From contig CAYPEY010000003.1 in assembly GCA_964409955.1 (NCBI GenBank), positions 5,914-69,913 on the forward strand: a DNA stretch of 64,000 nucleotides, in the 5' to 3' direction. The stretch comes from an uncultured Staphylococcaceae bacterium. Lineage in GTDB: Bacteria > Bacillota_I > Bacilli_A > ML615J-28 > CAG-313. This document shows positions 1 to 9,454 of the stretch, in pieces. The stretch's first letter is position 1; every line of letters begins with the position of its first letter. The translations under genes and the position numbers were made by a program. The notes beneath the pieces were generated by a model. That model saw only the letters and a list, made by a program, of their open reading frames with translations. It made no database searches and had not been told where the DNA came from.

Positions 1-408
1 TCCAGAAAATTGATTAGAATAATTTTCTTCAATAGAACCACCAAAATAACTAGGAGTTTCTTGACTTGATACTACAGTAGATTTAGTAATCTTACCTTCT
101 GTATCAATACCAACCATAATTGTTAAATCAGGACTTTTACCTGTTACAACTACTTTATATGTATAACCAAGACCAGTTGTTTCTTTATAAGCATTTTTTA
201 AAGATAGAGGCAAGCCTGAATATTGAGTTAAATCTAATTCTTCAAAATTTGTTGCATTTGGCATTACTTCAAAACAAGCTTCAAATGCAGCTTTACTATT
301 GTTTTCAGCAATTTTATCTTTTGTAAAATAATTTGTTACGGCAAGCATTATAGCTACAACCAAACATATTGAAGTTAAAACAATAACACTTTTGATATTT
401 TGTTTCAT
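1..408 (-). CDS. rnfG: Rnf electron-transport complex subunit G (FMN-binding), C-terminus cut by window edge
   Basis: Manual reverse translation of 408->1 is open throughout: MKQNIKSVIVLTSICLVVAIMLAV (TM anchor) ... GKSPDLTIMVGIDTEGKITKSTVVSSQETP (FMN_bind-type core). The ATG overlaps the rnfD stop (TAATG). Gene order is rnfC-D-G. Confidence 0.75.
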   Translation of the reverse strand, partial: MKQNIKSVIVLTSICLVVAIMLAVTNYFTKDKIAENNSKAAFEACFEVMPNATNFEELDLTQYSGLPLSLKNAYKETTGLGYTYKVVVTGKSPDLTIMVGIDTEGKITKSTVVSSQETPSYFGGSIEENYSNQFSG

Positions 409-1577
409 TATCTAGCACCTCCAAAAGGACGTTTTGCAGTTAATTTATCGATGTATGGAGTTAAGATATTCATAAATAAGATTGAGAATGATACTCCTTC
501 TGGATATGATCCCCATACTCTTATTGCTACTGTAATTAATGCACAACCAAACGCAAATATACATCTTCCAAGAGGACGTGTAGGTGTTGTTACATAATCT
601 GTTGCCATGAAGAATGCACCAATAAATAAACCACCTGATAACATTTGATATAATGCATATTCAACATCTGATTTAATTAAGAATGTAAGTACAAATACAG
701 ATACAATAAATACTACAGGAGTATGCCAAGTAATAACTTTTCTACAAATTAAATAAATACCACCAATAAGTAGTGCAAGTGCTGATGTTTCACCAAGTGC
801 TCCACCTCTCATACCAATAAACATTTGCCATAGAGTTGGTAATGTTCCTTCACTTCCACCAAGTACAGGAAGAGGAGTAGCACCACTTGTAATATCTCCA
901 ATAATAGGATGAACTGATGCGCCAATACTGCTAAATGCTATTAATAACATAATTCTTGCAGTAATAGCTGGATTTGCAAAGTTTTTACCAAGTCCACCAA
1001 ATAAACCTTTAACAATAACAACTGCTATTAAGCTTCCAACAATACATGGCCACCAAATATTTTTAAATTCAACAGCAGGTAAATTAAGTGCAAGTAGCAA
1101 TCCTGTGACAGCTGCAGATAAATCTTTAATTGTGTTAGGTCTTTTTGTAATTTTATTAAATGCCCATTCAAAGAATACTGAACTTGCAACACATAATAAT
1201 ATTATCCATAATGCTCTTAAACCAAAGAATATTATAGATGCAATAGTTGCAGGTAATAAGGCAATTAATACATCTAACATAATTCTTTGAGTTGTATCTT
1301 TACCAAATACATGTGGAGATGAAGATACAATTAAATGATTATCAAAGTCAAGTGTAGAAAGACCAACAACAGGTGATGTAGATGATACGTTTTGAGATCT
1401 TAACGCATATTTACTATGCTTTTTAACTGAAACACCTTTTGCATAATCTGAATTATTATCAATATTGCATACTGGAACATTTTTATTTTTTAGTTCTTTC
1501 ATTTTTAAAATACCAAGTAATGCTAGCACTAATACTATAGGGAATAAAATCATAATAAATACAACAGTTGAATTCAT
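408..1577 (-). CDS. rnfD: Rnf complex subunit D (NqrB/RnfD family) with ~85-aa N-terminal extension
   Basis: RnfD hallmarks in the C-terminal ~300 aa (SGATPL, FFMATDYVTTP). RBS AGAGGTGA upstream. Starts 2 nt after the rnfC stop. Confidence 0.85.
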   Translation of the reverse strand: MNSTVVFIMILFPIVLVLALLGILKMKELKNKNVPVCNIDNNSDYAKGVSVKKHSKYALRSQNVSSTSPVVGLSTLDFDNHLIVSSSPHVFGKDTTQRIMLDVLIALLPATIASIIFFGLRALWIILLCVASSVFFEWAFNKITKRPNTIKDLSAAVTGLLLALNLPAVEFKNIWWPCIVGSLIAVVIVKGLFGGLGKNFANPAITARIMLLIAFSSIGASVHPIIGDITSGATPLPVLGGSEGTLPTLWQMFIGMRGGALGETSALALLIGGIYLICRKVITWHTPVVFIVSVFVLTFLIKSDVEYALYQMLSGGLFIGAFFMATDYVTTPTRPLGRCIFAFGCALITVAIRVWGSYPEGVSFSILFMNILTPYIDKLTAKRPFGGAR

Positions 1578-1579
1578 TT

Positions 1580-2902
1580 TTATTCACCTCTTTCTTTCTT
1601 TTCGTTTTGATATACTCTAAGCATACCTTTAGCTAGTTTATTACTTTGTACAATAGGACGTTTTGCAGGACATACATATGAACATACACCACATTCCATA
1701 CAAAGATTAGCTTTTAATTTTTCCAATTCTTCAGGTAAATTTAATTCTCTTGCTTTTGCAATTGCAGGAGGATCTAAATTAAGCGGACAATGATTGATAC
1801 AACGTCCACATCTAATACAAGGTCCAACATCTGGAATATGTGCTTCTTTTTCATTTAAAGCAACAATGGCATTAGTTGTTTTTAAAATTGGTTGGTCAAG
1901 ATTTGGTACGGCAATACCCATCATTGGACCACCATATATTACTTTATAAGGAGTTCTAACAAATCCACCACAGAATTCAAATACAGATTTTAAAGACGCA
2001 CCAATTGGAGCTATAACATTTTGAGGTTTAGCAACAACACTTCCATCAACAGTTAATACTTTTTCAACTAATGGCATACCAGTTTTAATATATTTAGCAA
2101 TATATGCTAAAGTTGTGACGTTCATAATTACAACACCTACATCAAGTGGAAGTTTTCCTTCTGGAACAACTTTACCTGTTGTATTATAAATTAAAACTTT
2201 TTCTCCACCTTGTGGATACTCGGCTTTTAATGCTTGAACTTTAATAACAGAATCTTCTTTTGCAAGTTTTTCTAAAGATGCAATTGCTTCTGGTTTATTA
2301 TTTTCTACGCCAAAAATAACTTTTTTAACCTTTAAGAAACGTTTTAATAATTCTACACCTTCTTTAATTAAATCTACTTCATCTATCATTGTTCTTGTAT
2401 CAGCTGTAATATATGGTTCACATTCTGCTCCATTAATTACAACTTCTTCAATTTGTGATAGATCTTTTACATTTAATTTAACATATGTTGGAAAACCTGC
2501 TCCACCAAGACCAACAAGTCCACTTTCTTTAACAGCATTAACGAATTCTTCAAAAGTATTAACTTCAACAGGCTTGCAAGTATCACTTACTTCCATTAAT
2601 CCATCTGATTCAATAAAAATAGCTGGCACACTATTTCCATTACTCATTAAGACATTATCAATTTTTTTAACTTTACCTGATACAGATGCATGAGTAGGTG
2701 CAGAAATATAGCTTGATGCTTCAGCTATTTTCTCTCCTACTAATACCCTTTGTCCAACTTTTACAATTGGAGTTGCAGGAGCACCAATATGCATAGCCAT
2801 AGGTATTACAACTTCTTTTACAGAAGGCATTTTAACTGCTTTCATAGAAGCCGTATTTTTATTATGTGGTACATGAACACCACGTATTTTAAATAATGGC
2901 AT
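1580..2902 (-). CDS. rnfC: Rnf complex subunit C
   Basis: GLGGAGFPT motif and two 4Fe-4S motifs (CIRCGRCINHCP, CMECGVCSYVCP). RBS AAGGAG. Confidence 0.9.
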   Translation of the reverse strand: MPLFKIRGVHVPHNKNTASMKAVKMPSVKEVVIPMAMHIGAPATPIVKVGQRVLVGEKIAEASSYISAPTHASVSGKVKKIDNVLMSNGNSVPAIFIESDGLMEVSDTCKPVEVNTFEEFVNAVKESGLVGLGGAGFPTYVKLNVKDLSQIEEVVINGAECEPYITADTRTMIDEVDLIKEGVELLKRFLKVKKVIFGVENNKPEAIASLEKLAKEDSVIKVQALKAEYPQGGEKVLIYNTTGKVVPEGKLPLDVGVVIMNVTTLAYIAKYIKTGMPLVEKVLTVDGSVVAKPQNVIAPIGASLKSVFEFCGGFVRTPYKVIYGGPMMGIAVPNLDQPILKTTNAIVALNEKEAHIPDVGPCIRCGRCINHCPLNLDPPAIAKARELNLPEELEKLKANLCMECGVCSYVCPAKRPIVQSNKLAKGMLRVYQNEKKERGE

Positions 2903-2937
2903 AATTTTTCTCCTTTTTAATTTTTTCTATCTTATTT

Positions 2938-2966
2938 ATTTTACCACTAAACCATTAAAAAGTCAA
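2938..2966 (-). promoter_or_regulatory. sigma-A-type promoter of the rnf operon
   Basis: Minus strand TTGACT (2961-2966), 17-nt spacer, TGG-TAAAAT (-10 at 2938-2943), ~35 nt upstream of the rnfC ATG. Confidence 0.5.
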
Positions 2967-3091
2967 TTATATGACAAAATAGAGCTATGTATTTTAATAA
3001 TACAATATATATTTTTACTTAATTAACTATAAATTATGTATTAATATAACTTAACTATTCTAATAATAATTTTAAAAAATTGATCATTTTA

Positions 3092-3126
3092 GAAAAAAAG
3101 AACTATATAGATTCCTATACAGTTCT
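3092..3126 (-). terminator. intrinsic terminator after nifJ
   Basis: Minus-strand hairpin AGAACUGUAUAG-GAAU-CUAUAUAGUUCU followed by UUUUUUU. Confidence 0.7.
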
Positions 3127-3146
3127 AATATTTTTTATAAAAGGAA

Positions 3147-6100
3147 TTATTCAGCAAAATCCATTTTTAAAGCTCTTTGATAACTCTTATATCTTCTTTG
3201 AGCTTCAGCTTTGTTCTTAGCAAGTAATTCTTCTGCTGCAACAGGGTTGATGTTCTTTAATTGAGCATAACGAGTTTCACTCATTAGATAATCATCATAT
3301 AAATCCCAGTTAGGTTCTTTAGAGTCTACTTGAAGAGGATTTTTGCCTTCAGCTGCTAAACGTGGATCATATCTTAATAATGTCCAGTAACCGCATTCTA
3401 CTGCAAGTTTAGCTTGTTCTTGAGCTTTACCCATACCACGTTTTAAACCATGGTTGATACATGGAGAGTATGCGATAACGATAGATGGTCCATGATAGCT
3501 TTCAGCTTCTCTCATAGCTTTTAATAATTGTGCTTGGCTAGCACCATGAGCAACATATGCAACATAAACATGTCCATAACTCATAGCGATTGCAGCTAAG
3601 TCTTTCTTCTTACCATTTTTACCAGCTGCTGTGAATTTTGCAATTGATGCAGTTGGAGATGATTTAGAAGATTGACCACCAGTATTAGAGTAAACTTCAG
3701 TATCTAGTACTAAGATATTAACATCTTCTTGGTTAGCAATAACATGATCAAGACCTCCGTAACCGATATCATATGCCCATCCGTCACCACCTAAGATCCA
3801 TTGAGAACGTTTAACTAAATGATCTTTTAAGTCATAGATAGCTTTTGCATGTGCACAATCTTTACCTTCAAGTAAAGGTACAAGTTCATTTGCAACTTCT
3901 CTAGTTACTTTGTAATCTTCACGGTTATCTAACCATTTTTGGAATAATTCTTTAACTTTTTCATCTGGACAATCAACAAGTGCAGCTTCCATATGAGTAG
4001 CAATTTGATCACGTAAAGCTACGCTTGCAGCAACCATACCGAAACCAAATTCAGCATTATCTTCGAATAATGAGTTAGCCCATGCAGGTCCATGTCCTTC
4101 TTTATTTGAAGTATATGGAGTAGCAGGGAAGCTTCCACCATAAATTGAAGAACATCCAGTAGCATTAGCAACTACCATATGATCACCAAATAATTGAGTG
4201 ATTAATTTAACATAAGGAGTTTCACCACATCCACCACATGCTCCAGAGAATTCAAATAATGGTTGAGCGAATTGGCTATTTTTAGGGTTAGCCATTTTGT
4301 CTACTAAATGATCTTTATAAGATACATTTTCGAAGAAATATTTAGCTTCAACTGCTTGACCAGCTTCGATAGCATCACTAATTGGAACCATCTTAAGAGC
4401 TTTTTCACCTTTCTTACCAGGACATGCGTTAACACAAACTTCACATCCAGTACAATCTAAAGTTGAAATTTGAAGTGCATATTGTAATCCTTCAAATCCT
4501 TTTCCTGTTGGAGCAAGATAAGTTGTTGTTTCAGGTGCATTAGCTGCTTCTTCAGCATTTACTAAGAATGGTCTTACTACAGCATGAGGACATACGAATG
4601 CACATTGGTTACATTGAATACAGTTTTCAGGATTCCACATTGGAACGAAGTTAGCGATTCCACGTTTTTCATAAGCAGCAGAACCATTAGGCATAGTACC
4701 ATCTTCATAACCATTGAATGCAGATACAGGTAAATCATAACCTTTAACTTTATTAACTGGATCAGCAATTGTTTTTACGAAATGAGGACGATTTTCATCT
4801 ACTACTACAGTTTCTGGAACTAATTTCTTCCATGCTGATTTAACTTTGATTTCAACTAATCCTTCAGCACCTTTATCGATAGCTTGGTAGTTTAATTGAA
4901 CTACAGCTTCACCTTTTTTACCATATGTTTTAGCAGCATATTTTTTCATTAAATCTTGTGCTGTTTCGTAAGGCATAATTTGTTCATTTAATTTAAAGAA
5001 TGCAGATTGTAAAATTGTATTAGTTCTGTTTCCAAGACCAATTTGACGAGCTAGATGAACTGCATCGATAATATAGAATTTAGCATTCTTTTCAGCTAAT
5101 TCTTTTTTGAATGAATTTGGTAAATGTGCTTCAATTTCTTTTGCACTTCTTACAGTGTTAAGTAAGAAAGTTCCACCTTTCTTTAAGCAACTTAACATAT
5201 CATATTTACCAACATATGATTCTAAACTACAGCTTACGAAGTCAGCTTGGTTAACAAGATATGGAGCTGTGATAGGTTTTGGACCAAAACGTAAGTGAGA
5301 ACGAGTTACACCACCTGATTTTTTAGAGTCATAAGCAAAGTATGCTTGAGCATATAAATCAGTGTTATCACCAATAATTTTGATAGTATTTTTATTAGCA
5401 CCAACAGTACCATCACTTCCAAGACCGAAGAATACAAGTTCTGAAGTACCTTCTAATAATTTAAGTTCAGCACCAACTGGAATACTTAAATTAGTAACAT
5501 CATCTTCGATACCTACTGTAAATCCATCGAATCCTTTTTTAGCTAAGTGTGTATAAACTGCAATCATTTGAGCTGGAGTTGTATCTTTTGAAGATAATCC
5601 ATAACGTCCACCGATGATATATGGAGCACCTTTAACACCATAATAAGCAGATTTAATATCTAAGTATAAAGGTTCACCAAGTGATCCTGGTTCTTTAGTA
5701 CGATCAAGTACTGCAACACGTTTAACAGTTTTAGGCATTACGCTGAATAAATATTCAGTAGCAAATGGTCTATATAAGTGAACTGTTACACAACCAACTT
5801 TTTTACCTTTGCTGTTTAAGTAATCTACACTTTGTTTAATAGTTTCAGTAACTGAACCCATTGCAACGATTACATCTGTTGCATCAGCTGCACCATAGTA
5901 AACAAATGGAGCATAATTTCTTCCTGTTACTTCACTAATTTTTGCCATGTAGTCTGCAACAACTGCAGGAACTTCGTTATAGAATTTGTTTTGAGCTTCA
6001 CGAGTTTGGAAATAAACGTCATCATTTTGAGCAGATCCTCTTGTTACAGGATGTTCAAATGTTAAAGCTCTTTCACGGAAGCGTTTAACTGCATCACGAT

Positions 6101-6689
6101 CTAATAATTGATCATATACTTCGTAGTCCATAACTTCAACTTTTTGAATTTCATGAGAAGTTCTGAAACCATCAAAGAAATGCATAAATGGAACACTAGT
6201 TTTAATTGCTGCTAAGTGAGCAACACCAGCTAAGTCCATAACTTCTTGAACAGAAGATGTAGCAAGCATAGCAAAACCAGTTTGACGACAAGCCATAACG
6301 TCTTGGTGATCACCAAAGATTGATAATGCTTGAGCTGCAAGGCTACGAGCAGAAACATGAATTACACCTGGTAATAATTCACCAGCGATTTTGTACATGT
6401 TAGGTACTTTTAATAATAAACCTTGGCTCGCAGTAAATGTAGTTGTTAATGCACCAGCTTGAAGTGATCCGTGAACAGATCCAGCAGCCCCTGCTTCCGA
6501 TTGCATTTCAACAATTTTTACAGGCATACCGAATAAGTTTTTCTTACCCTTAGATGCCCATTCTTCCGCATACTCAGCCATTGGAGAAGACGGAGTAATT
6601 GGATAAATACCAGCTACTTCAGTAAACGCATAAGCGGCATGTGCTGCTGCTTGGTTACCATCCATAGATTGGAAAACTTTTTTAGACAT
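3147..6689 (-). CDS. nifJ: pyruvate:ferredoxin (flavodoxin) oxidoreductase
   Basis: 1180 aa single-chain PFOR. Ferredoxin motifs CIQCNQCAFVCPH and CTGCEVCVNACP. TPP-binding GDGWAYDIGYGGLDHV. RBS GGAGG. Confidence 0.95.
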   Translation of the reverse strand: MSKKVFQSMDGNQAAAHAAYAFTEVAGIYPITPSSPMAEYAEEWASKGKKNLFGMPVKIVEMQSEAGAAGSVHGSLQAGALTTTFTASQGLLLKVPNMYKIAGELLPGVIHVSARSLAAQALSIFGDHQDVMACRQTGFAMLATSSVQEVMDLAGVAHLAAIKTSVPFMHFFDGFRTSHEIQKVEVMDYEVYDQLLDRDAVKRFRERALTFEHPVTRGSAQNDDVYFQTREAQNKFYNEVPAVVADYMAKISEVTGRNYAPFVYYGAADATDVIVAMGSVTETIKQSVDYLNSKGKKVGCVTVHLYRPFATEYLFSVMPKTVKRVAVLDRTKEPGSLGEPLYLDIKSAYYGVKGAPYIIGGRYGLSSKDTTPAQMIAVYTHLAKKGFDGFTVGIEDDVTNLSIPVGAELKLLEGTSELVFFGLGSDGTVGANKNTIKIIGDNTDLYAQAYFAYDSKKSGGVTRSHLRFGPKPITAPYLVNQADFVSCSLESYVGKYDMLSCLKKGGTFLLNTVRSAKEIEAHLPNSFKKELAEKNAKFYIIDAVHLARQIGLGNRTNTILQSAFFKLNEQIMPYETAQDLMKKYAAKTYGKKGEAVVQLNYQAIDKGAEGLVEIKVKSAWKKLVPETVVVDENRPHFVKTIADPVNKVKGYDLPVSAFNGYEDGTMPNGSAAYEKRGIANFVPMWNPENCIQCNQCAFVCPHAVVRPFLVNAEEAANAPETTTYLAPTGKGFEGLQYALQISTLDCTGCEVCVNACPGKKGEKALKMVPISDAIEAGQAVEAKYFFENVSYKDHLVDKMANPKNSQFAQPLFEFSGACGGCGETPYVKLITQLFGDHMVVANATGCSSIYGGSFPATPYTSNKEGHGPAWANSLFEDNAEFGFGMVAASVALRDQIATHMEAALVDCPDEKVKELFQKWLDNREDYKVTREVANELVPLLEGKDCAHAKAIYDLKDHLVKRSQWILGGDGWAYDIGYGGLDHVIANQEDVNILVLDTEVYSNTGGQSSKSSPTASIAKFTAAGKNGKKKDLAAIAMSYGHVYVAYVAHGASQAQLLKAMREAESYHGPSIVIAYSPCINHGLKRGMGKAQEQAKLAVECGYWTLLRYDPRLAAEGKNPLQVDSKEPNWDLYDDYLMSETRYAQLKNINPVAAEELLAKNKAEAQRRYKSYQRALKMDFAE

Positions 6690-6723
6690 AAATAATTCCT
6701 CCTATTTATATTCATACTTTCTT

Positions 6724-6752
6724 ATTATACCACATAAAAAGAATTTAGTAAA
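6724..6752 (-). promoter_or_regulatory. sigma-A-type promoter of nifJ
   Basis: Minus strand TTTACT (6747-6752), 17 nt, TGG-TATAAT (-10 at 6724-6729). Confidence 0.5.
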
Positions 6753-6790
6753 CAAAATAACATAATTTCTAATTTTTAGTTTATTTTTTA

Positions 6791-6826
6791 CAAAAGAAAA
6801 AGGACTTATTTTTTAAAAATAAGTCC
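6791..6826 (-). terminator. intrinsic terminator after the 268-aa membrane protein gene
   Basis: GGACUUAUUUU-UAA-AAAAUAAGUCC followed by UUUUUCUUUU on the minus strand. Confidence 0.65.
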
Positions 6827-6833
6827 CCATTTT

Positions 6834-7640
6834 TTATTTTGCTTTTCGTTGATATCTAAAAAACATTGAAAATATAGCAAGCCCAATACAAATTAAAAAG
6901 CCAATTCCACAATAATACACAACTATTGTTCCTTCAATGTTCATTAAAAACATCTTAATATAACTTGCAAAATCAAATTCTTCAATACCACTTAAATCAG
7001 TTGTAAAGATAGCAGGCATAACAAGTAAACATATACTTATTGCTGCACCGAAAATACTTATACGAAGTAATTTATTTCGTTTCTTTTCGTTAATTCCTTT
7101 AATTGATCTTACTATTACTAAAAATGCACAAGCAAATTCAAAAGCAATAAAAATTGCAATGATGATTAATGGAAATGGATTACACCAATAAGCAAAGAAA
7201 GTCTTAAGGGGTTTATCAACATCTGCTGCTTTGATTGCTTTATAAAGTTCAATATCAAAACTACATTGATTTTTTATACCATTTGCAAGATCAGTATATT
7301 TAATACCATTTTCTTTAATACGGTTTAAATCAAACATAATAGCTTCGTTATCGTTACTAGAACCAATTGGATTCCCATCCTCATCATATACAACATCGTG
7401 TGTATCACTATAAATTTGTAAAGCAAGACATACTTGATATATGATATCATTAATTCCTGATTCTTTTAATTCTTCTTCAGTTTTTCCACTATCTAAATTT
7501 TCGCTAATATATAAATCAATTTCATCTTTATGATTACGATATATTGCTTCACGATTAAACTTCATAACGGGAAAGAAAATTAAACATAAACACATTGCAA
7601 TAGCAAGTACTAGCGTTATTGCGTAAATTATTTTTTTCAT
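6834..7640 (-). CDS. hypothetical membrane protein
   Basis: N-terminal TM/signal anchor plus 3-4 C-terminal hydrophobic helices. No motif I can name. Confidence 0.6.
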   Translation of the reverse strand: MKKIIYAITLVLAIAMCLCLIFFPVMKFNREAIYRNHKDEIDLYISENLDSGKTEEELKESGINDIIYQVCLALQIYSDTHDVVYDEDGNPIGSSNDNEAIMFDLNRIKENGIKYTDLANGIKNQCSFDIELYKAIKAADVDKPLKTFFAYWCNPFPLIIIAIFIAFEFACAFLVIVRSIKGINEKKRNKLLRISIFGAAISICLLVMPAIFTTDLSGIEEFDFASYIKMFLMNIEGTIVVYYCGIGFLICIGLAIFSMFFRYQRKAK

Positions 7641-7779
7641 ACTACCATTCCTTTCTTTTTATTCAAAAGTATTATACTAAAAAAACAACTAAATAACAAT
7701 TATTTAGATTTATATTTTGCAAGTTCACTAACTTTATACAAAAAATATGATATAATATTTTTTAGCGAGGTATATTCTT

Positions 7780-9417
7780 ATGAAAACATTACTAATTGGA
7801 ATAAACGCAAAATACATTCATCCTGCAATGGCCTTATATCAATTAAAAGCCAATACAAGCTATGAAACTAAAATTTTAGAATTTACAATTAAACAACCTC
7901 TTGATACTATTTATTGTCATATTGAAGAATTACTAAAAGAAGAAAAAATCAGTTTAATAGGCTTCAGTTGTTATCTATGGAATATAGATATTATACTTAA
8001 ATTATCAAATATTATTAAACAAAATTTTCCTAATATCAAAATATTATTAGGAGGTCCTGAAGTAGGGTTTGATGCTAAACACTTCCTTACAAATCACCCT
8101 GAAATCAACTATATTATAAGGGGTGAAGGGGAAAATAGTTTCCACGAATTATGTATGTATTTGGATAATTCATTACCCCTAAAAGAGGTTAGTAATTTAT
8201 CATATTTAGATGATTTTACATATGTAGAAAACACGTCTAAAGTACCTGATTTATCTAAAATTAAACTAGCAACTTTAGATATAGAAGATATAGAAAACAG
8301 AATCATATATCTAGAATCTGGAAGAGGTTGTCCTTATAAATGTAGTTATTGTACCGCATCTTTAGATAATAAAGTACGCTTTTTTGACCTTGATAAAGTC
8401 ATTGAAATAGTTAGGATTTTAATGAAAAAACAAGTTAAAATTATCAAGTTTTTGGATCGTACATTTAACGCAAATATGAAGTACATGATGCAAATTTTAG
8501 ATATTATTGATGAAGAAAACATATGTACAACTTTTCAATTTGAGATTGTTGTTGAAAAACTAAATCAAGAAGTTATTGACAGAATATCTAAAATGAGACA
8601 AAAATGCTTGCGTTTTGAAATAGGAATTCAATCAACTAATGACATTGTAAACGAAGCAGTTTGTAGACGACAAAACATGCTAGTTTTAGAAAAAAATATT
8701 AAGTTACTTTCACAAACTAATAAGGTTGATTTACATGTTGATTTAATAGCTGGCCTTCCTCTTGAAACAAAAGAAAGTTTTATCAATTCATTTAATAAGG
8801 TATATATGTACAGGGCAAAAGAACTGCAACTTGGCTTTTTAAAATTCTTGCGTGGCACAGCCTTAATGAATGATATTAAAAAACATGAATTTCATTATGA
8901 CCAAAAACCACCATACGAAGTTATTTCAAACAAATATATGACTTCATATGACTTAGATGAAATTAGACTAGTTGAAAAAACCTTAGAACTGTATTCTAAT
9001 AGTTCTAAATTTCAAAATACTTTTAATTATCTATTTAATAATAATTTAATTAATAACCCTTATCAATTCTTCTTAAATATATCAAAAAATTTACATCACT
9101 CTCAGCTCTATGATTTATTTATTCATATAGATAATTATTTTAAAGATAAATATTCAAACGACTACAATACTCTTCATTTCGAACTAATTAAAGATTATTT
9201 AGAAAATCATAAAACTAAACCAAAAATTTGGTGGGAATACAAAATTACAAAACCTGAAAGAAAAGAATTGTACGAATATATAATTACAAAATTAGATATA
9301 TCAATCGATGACTTATACAAACATAGTATTGTTTATAAAAATGATACAATTAATAAAATCTATATTATTATTTATCAAAATTTAACTTTTAAATCTTATG
9401 TACTCTCAAATACATAA
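7780..9417 (+). CDS. B12-binding-domain radical SAM protein (DUF4080-type C-terminus)
   Basis: Radical-SAM cluster motif CPYKCSYC. N-terminal MKTLLIGINAKYIH typical of the B12-binding/radical SAM class. RBS GAGG. Confidence 0.8.
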   Translation: MKTLLIGINAKYIHPAMALYQLKANTSYETKILEFTIKQPLDTIYCHIEELLKEEKISLIGFSCYLWNIDIILKLSNIIKQNFPNIKILLGGPEVGFDAKHFLTNHPEINYIIRGEGENSFHELCMYLDNSLPLKEVSNLSYLDDFTYVENTSKVPDLSKIKLATLDIEDIENRIIYLESGRGCPYKCSYCTASLDNKVRFFDLDKVIEIVRILMKKQVKIIKFLDRTFNANMKYMMQILDIIDEENICTTFQFEIVVEKLNQEVIDRISKMRQKCLRFEIGIQSTNDIVNEAVCRRQNMLVLEKNIKLLSQTNKVDLHVDLIAGLPLETKESFINSFNKVYMYRAKELQLGFLKFLRGTALMNDIKKHEFHYDQKPPYEVISNKYMTSYDLDEIRLVEKTLELYSNSSKFQNTFNYLFNNNLINNPYQFFLNISKNLHHSQLYDLFIHIDNYFKDKYSNDYNTLHFELIKDYLENHKTKPKIWWEYKITKPERKELYEYIITKLDISIDDLYKHSIVYKNDTINKIYIIIYQNLTFKSYVLSNT

Positions 9418-9454
9418 GATTTTTATTTTTTCATATAATATTAATGGTGATTAT

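Noticed and set aside
4577-5556. Three 63-64-aa ORFs (4577-4768 -, 5107-5298 +, 5362-5556 +) inside nifJ
   Set aside because: They lie entirely within the strongly supported 1180-aa PFOR gene. Their composition is low-complexity or shadow-frame, and they have no RBS.
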